This document shows positions 55,164 to 64,000 of a DNA stretch of 64,000 nucleotides, piece by piece. The notes below the pieces were generated by a model. It was not told the origin of the DNA. It saw only the letters and a list, made by a program, of their open reading frames with translations, and searched no databases. Positions within the stretch are counted from its first letter, which is position 1. Every line of letters begins with the position of its first letter. The translations under genes were made by a program, and so were the position numbers. The DNA comes from Epiperipatus broadwayi (taxonomy: Eukaryota; Animalia; Onychophora), in the NCBI GenBank assembly GCA_028023455.1, contig JAQFVV010000006.1, positions 11,780,001 to 11,844,000 of the forward strand, in the 5' to 3' direction.

Positions 55164-55244
55164 GCCCTAGAATCATTTAAAGACATTGTACTTATAGATG
55201 CCATTGTTATGTGTGTTACTAGGTTGCAACCTCTTCTCAGACCA
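55164..55244 (+). CDS. Nf1: Neurofibromin exon 17
   Basis: ttttag/gtaagt. ALESFKDIVLIDAIVMCVTRLQPLLRP. Confidence 0.96.
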
Positions 55245-56022
55245 GTAAGTGGTAGTTTTTAAGTTCCCGTTTTATTATTATAATACTCTAATATTGCTTC
55301 ACTATTATTTATTGTTAGTAGCTGCATATATATATATATATATGTATGTATGACCATCACAGTCTAGAAATAGAGAAAGACAAGAACAAAAGATTAAAAA
55401 TGAGTTTTATGATGACTGCAATCCAATTCATGACCACAAATGTGTTCATGTATATCACATAACTGGCTCTATGCTCTGCATAATTTAGTGTATAGGTAGA
55501 ATGACAGATTGGATCTCAAGGTTGATGGATGGCAGCTCACCCCTTTGTCTTTTCCTTTGCTTGAATTTTTTTTTGAATTTTGAAGTAATAAATATTATTG
55601 TTTACTTGCATTTTAACACATTTATAGTAGCAAAAAAATAAATAAAAAAAGATAAAAATGGTCCTCTTGTAAAATATATAACCCTGTGTTTGAAGTATTT
55701 TTGTTTTGTTTGACAGTTTTTGAAATATTCCTTGAGATTTATTATAAATTTTTTTCAAAAAATATTCTAAAATAATGTTATTTAATATGAGTTATCCTGT
55801 TCTTTTATTTTGTTAATTATTCATGCATGTGTTAGGTAATAGCAAATTACTGTTGACAATGTGAGGTGGCTTTAATAGATATATTGGTGCTTATTCAATT
55901 TAATGTTATTCATTTTCTTGATTTGGAATATTCATAATGCCAAAAAACAAAAATGAATAATAAATTATTAATGAAAATCTTTTTATCACAATGCTTATTT
56001 TAAAGATAAATTAGTAAATGGA

Positions 56023-56660
56023 TTATCATCATCATCGTTTTCAACCATTTTCGATCCACTGCCGGATGAAGGTCTCGTCAATCCACTTTTTTCGATCTCT
56101 AGGCTCTCATATCCACATCATACTAGCAAACTTCCTTATTTAATTTATCCAACCCGCATGAGGTCTGTTTCTAGGTCTTTTACAGTCTCTTAAAATTCAG
56201 TTTAAGATTTTAACTATCCATCTTTTATCATCTCTTCTTGACAACATAATCATCCCAGTTCTTTCTCATCAGTGTATTTCATTTTCGATCCCATCTTGTT
56301 ACTTTTAACACGTCTCCATACTTTACTGAATGGTCTGAAATTACTATATTGCTTTTCTGTTAAGTATCAAAGTCTCAGATCCATAAATAAGAACCATTAA
56401 AACAATTAAATACTTAGGCATATTTCTTTTTAATAGCAAACTTTTCTCTCAAAAATACTCCACCCAAGTTTAATTCTAAATAAATGGAAACTATGTATTA
56501 TTTGAAATCAATGTAATATTGTCATATCTTTTATTAATTGATATCATTTTGTTTTTAAAGTGGTGCATAATTCCATCAAAAGCAAATGCAACTATGGTCT
56601 CAGCATTTGTAGAAATGTTATACCTTCCTTATTAGCTATAAAGGCTATATCATATTATAA
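56023..56660 (-). mobile_element. 5'-truncated RTE-clade LINE
   Basis: (CAT)n tail at 56023-56036. Minus strand VLIYGSETL (56371-56395) and KRPRNRPHAGWIN. Confidence 0.65.
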
Positions 56661-57399
56661 TTGTATTTTTTTTTTCCAATTGGTGCATCAAGACTCAAAC
56701 TAGGATCTTTATCCTACCCAAAAATAGATAGATATGTATTCTTTATTGGATACCAAGCCAGGTTGGACACTAGGTACTGCGAGCCATTAACAAGAAATAA
56801 AAATACCAAGCCTTTTTTAGATTTGAAAAAATTTTAAGATTTACTATAATCTGGATTTTAAATTCATATTGTGGGTAAACCAAAAATGAGTTACTCACTA
56901 TGGCATAAGGCATAATTGTTTTTTTTTTTTATAAAAAAAATCATATATTGGATTTTTATTTCACAGTGTTAACTTTATTTAATTCATTTTTAAATGGAGA
57001 AATAAATAAAAAAAAAAGATCTAAGCAAAAAATTAGAGTCATAAAGTAATATGAATAATTGTTTATACATGAATGTTTATACATGAATTAATGACTTCCA
57101 GAAAGGAGTTTGCATTTAACTAAAGGGAGACCTTCCATTTCTCTTTGAAACATTAAAGAAACAAAGCATGGCCAACTTGTAATAACTCCTCCATACTTTC
57201 TTGTTATTGCAGTTATTATTTGATTATTCTTACCATAAATAAACATGGATGATCTGCTCACCAACACACTTCACCCAATGTGATCAGTTTATTGGCTTTT
57301 TATCTCTTCGTTTAAAATCAAGAAATATGATCTTTTTTATCAATTTTCTGATAGTTCTTAAATGAAATATCAGTTGGGCTTTCTTGAAGAGAGATTGAT

Positions 57400-60300
57400 T
57401 GTGTGTGTGAGAGGCAATAAAATCACCAGCCCAGATAATGATTGGTTGCCGAATGCAGCTGGGATTAAGAATCCCTTGTTTGTAGATCCAGTCTGCTATT
57501 CATTGACAATTTTTATATTTAAGTATTCATAACTGCAGATCCTTTTCAAATGAAGGAAGATTGCAACAAAGTGGAAGAACTGCCTTTTATTAAACGGAAC
57601 ATTGTTGGACTTTGTGAAGGTAGAAGAAAAAAAAAAGAAATGATTTAAAAAGTGGTCTGAATAAAGGTCGAAATATAGAAAACTTACAAGGAGTGGGATT
57701 TGTGGAAATTGATAGTATATCAGGCAGAATGGCAAGATCAGTTATTCAAATTAATGGATGATACCAAATGCAGATAAGTCGGATCTATGCCCCAACAAGT
57801 TCTTATTATGATGAAGTACCCAAACAATTGTAACGAGCACAGATGTCGTTACATTGTTTTTATTATTAAACATAAAGTTAAAATAAAAAGTTCGCATTTA
57901 AAAACTTTTTTTTTTGTTAGACATAAAAATTGAAAATCTTAAACTCGTATATATATATAAAATCGCGCAGATGAAAAATTATTAAAATAAAACTTTATTA
58001 AAGAAAAAGTATTTTAAAACTAAATCTTAAAAAGATTTAGAGATAAAAATATATCTTTAATTTTGGAAAACACATTAAGTAATCAGAAAATGGAAATGAT
58101 TATTTTAATTAGTAAACTAGCCTTGGGCATTTATATGTATAAACAGCGGTCAGATAGGAGAGAAAAACAATGGAATCGGACCTCAGCGAAAGGACCATCA
58201 CATCGATGACGTAATGTCAATTCAATCCACAAAATTAATATAAAAGGACAAGTTTGAAAATTATTGATGGATTATTATTGAGAGATGTGACAGATATGTG
58301 TTAGTGCGGAGGTGAAGGAGAAGGGATTGAAAAGACGCACTCTTCAATCCCTTCAGTTCTGCTAAGAAAGAAGGAGAAATGAACTATCATTTTCTACATT
58401 GAGGACCAGTTAAAGCAAAAACCTCCGGATGGATAAATAAATCGGCCAACAGAATACCAATCTTAGGACGGCGTGGGAATTCACGTTCATGGCAAGCAAC
58501 GGATAAAATTGGACGTTTTAAAAAATCGTAAGAACTTTATATTCATTTGAACAATAAGAACTCTAAATTTTAAAACTTTTTGGTAAATACTGCAATAGAA
58601 TCCTATCTGACCAAACTAAAATATTTATTAATTAGTTATAATTTTATTTGATGTGTTTCTTTTGTAAAATCATTTCCATTTATTTATTTATTTTTTGTTC
58701 TTTAAGTTTTATCATGATTTTTGTTTTTCGTTAAATTAATTATATAAATGTTAAACTTAAGTCGGGCGTGAATGGCTGTATAGATTTGTAAAGTTATATT
58801 AGGGGAGGGTAATCTTAGGTTATTTGTGTCGTAGTTGAATTGGGTCAATGGATGGGATATATTGGTGTGATTAGTAGATGTAATATCAGATTCGCTACGG
58901 GCAGAATCGTTTCATACGCCGCACTCACCCGTTTGCCTATGGAAGGAATTATAAGATGGAGAACGCAGTTCCTTTCTATGGAGTTTTTTTTTTTATTGCT
59001 CTTCTTGTCAGATAGATGTAATATTCCTATTTGACGAGAGGCAATTTCTTCTCTTAACTTTTTGGTGCTGCCGTATTTCGTATTACATTGAATGCATCGA
59101 TATATCAGATAAATTGACGCCAGTTTTGGCTGCGAACCTTTAGCCTAAGGTTAAATAGGGATAGAATGTTTTATTTTCAAATGCAAATCTATGTAGTCTA
59201 TTCATACTCGACACTAAATAAAAATGCATTAAATTTAAGTTGTTTATAGACGCTTGCATGGATTGGTTATCGGTTAAGTATGTTTTGGGTTTTCATATTT
59301 GATCAAAATATATAGACATTCGATAAATAATGATACCTTACGGTGAGTATCTAAAATGTATTTATTCGGATGTCTTTTAAGTTATTGGTGACAATGCAAG
59401 TATCTTATGGTGAATACTATTGGGTTACTTATAAATTTCCCTCTGCAATTGTCAGTATCAATGATTTTATATTTTGATCGTTTATGTTTATTTTGAAATG
59501 TTTTTAACCGTTGTAATCTATGTAACCGATCTATACTCAACATTATTAAAACAAATTTTTATAATTCCATCTGTGCGAACTTAATTAAAATGTAAACTTA
59601 TAATATAATAGAAATTAAAATGTAAATTAAAATCTAAAGTAAAGTTAAAAATAATGTTAAATGTTAAAATGTAAACTGATACTAAAACAATTTTCAATCT
59701 TATATATATGTGCATAAATAAATGTTTGTATGCTAATTACTGGCAGTGGCTTATTTTATTCTTTTTTTATATACTCTTAGATTATATTATTTAATCTCTG
59801 CTATTCCACTGAGCTAGTGACATGGGCTAACGACCGGAATCAAAATATTTAAAAAAAAAAAAAAATTTTTTTTTTTTTTGACTTACGTATCTGCCTACTT
59901 TATAAATTTTTCTAGGTTCAAATGCCTAGATGGCGCCCTGTAGTGCAGATTACGTTAAGCTCTTCTCCGGATCGTTACACAATATTTTAAAATTGTTATG
60001 AGAGACTTTAATGCTAGAATTAGTAAACAAATGAAAGATGAAATAAATTTGGCACAGTGGTAATAGAAATGAGAGATGACATAGACTTGTGGAATTGTTT
60101 ATAGAAAAATAAATACTGTGTATTATGAATTTTTTCTTTGACAAAAATATTGAACAGAAATGGACATGGAAGCAATTAAATAAAGGTATAGTAGAATTGG
60201 ATAATACTTTAGCTGACAGAAAATACATCATGTATGTATTTAAAATTGTAATGATCTTTATAGATTCAAGACAGGAAGTGACCTGCAATTAGTTAGGTGT

Positions 60301-62263
60301 AAAATAAATGTGTTAATGCAAAACTAGAGAGATAAAAACTATTAAGAAAGATTTGGTATCAACAATTGATATTCTTAAGCTTTAGAAATACTTCAATGAA
60401 TTTAAATTAAAACTTGGAAATCGTTCGACAGACTTTGAAGAGGATTCAGATTTGACTGAAATCAATAAGAATATAATTGACATTCGATTAAGAACTGCAA
60501 GAAACATAGCTTGTACAAAAAAGAAGCAATTTGCCTGCAAGTTTTCTACTGAAGCAAGACAACAGATGAAAACAAGAAGGCATATGAAATTTTTAGAAAT
60601 GATTCTTTAGAAAGAATTGAATATTTAAAATTTGTAAAATGGTAAGAAAAAGAATTGGTAATGTTATAAGAAAATATAATGGTGAATTGGCAAATAAAGC
60701 TATAGAAAAGAATAATAATCTCAGAAGTGTAAAAAAACTATTACTAAAAAGAGAGATGAAATGTGCCAAAGAGTTCTATAAAGAATTGTACAGTAATAAA
60801 GAACAAAAACAAAACAAAGTATTACTACATCTGAATTGCTGAATATTTTAAATGATGAAGTGAGACATGTAATTAAATCTTTGACGAAAGGAAAAGTCCC
60901 ATGAAGTAATGAAATTATTATTGATATTTTAAATGTTGCACGTGAAAAAATAGAAAAATTGTTGTCAAAATTATATACTAAATATCTAAAAGATAAAGAT
61001 GTAGCAAGTAATTGGAAGAATACATTAATGATATTAATATTTTTAAAAAGGTGATAAAAAATATATTAGAAATTGCAGACCTATTAGTCTTTAATCAATT
61101 CTATACAAAATTCTTATCAAGATAATTGCAACTCATCTGCAGCAAATTTTAGATTTTAACTAGTCAAAAGGATAAATGGGATTTAAAAGTAGTTTTAGCA
61201 AAGTGGATCACATCCAAATGGTGTGAAATGTTATTGATAGGAATTAATATAAGATGCCATTTTGCTTTGGATTCATTGATTATAAAAAGGCATTTTATTC
61301 TTTTAAGTATTTCTACATTGATTAAAGCTTTGGACAGCAAGACATAGATCTGTGATATTGACATATTCTGAAAAATATTTATCAAAATGCAATAGCAATG
61401 ATTAAATTGTATGATGATGTTAAGATTAAAATTGACATGGTTGATTTTATATCTGTTAGTATTTTTTGCAACCATTTTAAGAGAAGTATTTTGTGAATTA
61501 AAATGGGCTCCTAAGGGAATAAAAGTAATTGCAGATTATTTAAGTCATTTATTTTGTAAAAAATGTGGTCGTTTTTGCAAATGGAAATGTTGCAAAGGTT
61601 ATCAGGTGAAAGTAAAAAAGTAGGACTAAAGATAAATGCTAAAAAGTAAAGTAATATTCAATGGATTTTCTAAGAAGAAAATAAAGATTGACAGTGGCTA
61701 ATTAGAAGTTAACATTTATAAATATCTTCATCAGATTAATACAGATGGAAACATAATGGATGAAATTAATTGTAGAATTATTAATTATTAAGCATAGATG
61801 GAGTGATCTTGATAGTAGTAATTTAGTTTTAAAAGGAAATAAGTCTGAAAAATAGAGTTTTTAGTAGATGTATTTTACGAGTTATTTTTGATTCTGAGGT
61901 GTAGACACTCAACAGAAGAACAATACAGGAACTTCATGTCATTCATGAACTATGAAGAGATGTATGTTAATATTAACAAAAAAAAAGATGAAATTCTAGA
62001 GTGATGTAACTAGTGTTTTATTGATATTATTCAAAGGATTAAGTTTCTGAAATGAAGCTGGATTAAATATATTGTTAGAAGAGATGATAAGTTTAGAATC
62101 AGTCTTCAAGGAAGTGTAATAGACCTAGAAAGAGATCACTTATGAAATGGATGAATGAAATAAAAAAGTTTGTTGATGTAATATGGAGAAGAGAATGTAA
62201 GGATCGGAGAAATTGGATCTTCACTTTCAGATCCATAATGGTTGGAAATGATGATAATGATGA
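57400..62263 (+). mobile_element. Near-full-length decayed RTE LINE (APE endonuclease plus RT), split by an insertion at 57829-59979
   Basis: HNCRSFSNEGRL and IYAPTSS lie before the insertion. IVMRDFNAR, KWTW, RFKTGSD(L), NCRPISL and an (ATG)n-like tail at about 62249-62263 lie after it. Confidence 0.8.
57829..59979. mobile_element. Solo-LTR-like insertion (2151 bp), Gypsy-type termini
   Basis: Starts TGTAACGA and ends TCGTTACA, with a perfect 4-bp TSD CAAT (57825-57828, 59980-59983). No coding remnant recognised inside. Confidence 0.75.
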
Positions 62264-63219
62264 AGTGCATTAATATTACTGGAATTTTTTATTAATCTTA
62301 TACAGTAACGCTTTTATTGTGCATGAATTTATTTGACAATTCATTCAAGGATTAGTAAGCCTGTTACACACAAATAGCTAACTTTGGAAAAATTCAATAA
62401 ATCTTATTCCGGATTGATTTCAATGTTACCAGTTGTATTTGCAGTGCTAATAATGGTCCTGCTGTGATTTTCATTTGAAGCTCAAGGACTTTCAAGATCT
62501 TGGTTTATCCAAATCCTTTGGGCCTTCTCTGTAAATTTTCTGCTCGGTAAAATACTGACCAGTTAAAGTTGTCTTACAGTGATTGGTTAAAGTTTGGTGC
62601 CATCTTGGAAATGCCTAAATGTTGAGTCATGTCCTATGACAGTTTCTGTTTTCTTCTCCATGTTCTATCTTTATAACATTGCAAACTTATTTTATTTACA
62701 TCAAAAATAAAATATAAATGTAATATTTAGTCAGAGTGTGGATATTATATTTAAAGGACTTTGTGGTGCATGCTATATTTTTGACATCAGTTCAAATCCT
62801 GGTTTGATCAAGTTGATATTTTTTTCAAGTTTTAGTCAGGTTTAGGATTATTTTTTTAAGCACCCATAGCCAATCCACATGTTCATCCACCATTGTCCAG
62901 TAAATGGCTATTTAGCTACTCTTAGCTAAAAATTAAAGGAAAAACCACGTAAATTCTCACTAGTTGTCAATCATTGGCAAATCTGATGAGTAATGCTTTT
63001 TTCAGCATTCCACTATGACTAAGTTTGTCCTGAGCAATTTATATATGAATATATAAAATTTAACTAAATTTATTAAAATTTAATTTTATTCTTTATTTTC
63101 TGTAAACATTGTGTATGTGTGTGTGTGTTTTTATTTCTCTACTATTATTAAATAAAATCAAAAAAAATTGACTTTAATAAAGAAAGATTTTTTTTTTAAT
63201 TTTCCCGTTATGTATATAG

Positions 63220-63360
63220 GAATCTCCTATCCACAAAGCTTTGTTCTGGGTTGCTTTGTCAGTATTACAGTTAGATGAAGTGACATTATATGCTTCTGGA
63301 TTAGCGTTATTGGAACAAAATCTTCATACATTAGATGGCATGTGTACTTTTGACAATCAG
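63220..63360 (+). CDS. Nf1: Neurofibromin exon 18
   Basis: atatag/gtattg. [47 protein letters not shown]. Confidence 0.97.
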
Positions 63361-64000
63361 GTATTGGTGTTATTTACTCTTTTCTTTAATGATATTTTAA
63401 TTCTTATTTTTGTTGTAAATTGATGATTTAATGGAAGTAAAATACCCATATATTTTGATTTATTTTGATTAGATATATTTATTTAGAATTATTTTATTTG
63501 CTTTTTTTCAAAATTGATATACTGTTCATTCATAAAAATTAATATTATTTATTTAGCATATGGATATTTTATTTATTGTGATAAATACTATTACTATATA
63601 TAAAGAAGTATGTAGAGATTGCAGCTAGAAGATAGATTCACTAAAAGTTTTATTAAGTATCTGTCATTTTACCAGCTTGAATTTGGCAGTCATTAACTAT
63701 ATGATTTATGGTTGTGTTTGGCTACAACTAAATGGCTGTTATATCCATTCTGAAGCAGAGGAGTACAATGGACTGTGTGTGGTGTTGAATTTGTTGATGA
63801 GATGCCATTAATATCTACTTGGATCAAATTTAGCTAGATTAGGAAAAAGAAATTTATTTAGAACCTCACAGGAAGATCATTTTTTTATGCCATAATTTTT
63901 AAACTACTTGAAGAGATTTTTGGTTGACCAACCAGAATTGGTGATAATTTCTATAACTTTATAGTGAGTATAGTAAATAATACATTAGATTTGATCATTC

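Noticed and set aside
59800-59850. tRNA gene
   Set aside because: Only a D-arm/A-box-like fragment, with no anticodon arm, T-arm or acceptor stem.
62290-62650. Penelope RT N-terminal remnant on the minus strand (RTIISTANT)
   Set aside because: A single weak motif with no downstream catalytic motif.

Overview
Strongly AT-rich eukaryotic DNA, most likely from an arthropod (inferred from the protein wording and the repeat content). The window lies inside one large gene, neurofibromin (Nf1), on the + strand. Eighteen coding exons between 5171 and 63360 all have GT..AG boundaries and join into one stop-free frame (2218 nt, 739 codons plus 1 nt). They cover the Sec14/PH module and the start of the C-terminal HEAT-like region. 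The gene's 5' and 3' ends are outside the window, and the supplied ORF track mostly misses the exons. The introns are packed with decayed mobile DNA: RTE-type and other non-LTR retrotransposon fragments, a Merlin transposase pseudogene with ~90-bp TIRs, a second GGTA-ended TIR element, hAT and Tc1-like MITEs, a 2.15-kb LTR-like insertion splitting an RTE element, and several long hairpins. The most unusual signals are (i) at least eight copies of minimal hammerhead-ribozyme-like motifs from two repeat families plus one unrelated singleton, one family with a consistent non-canonical A.A opposition at the base of stem II, and (ii) a ~1.4-kb decayed coding-like tract that matches no transposon I recognise and may be an endogenous viral element.
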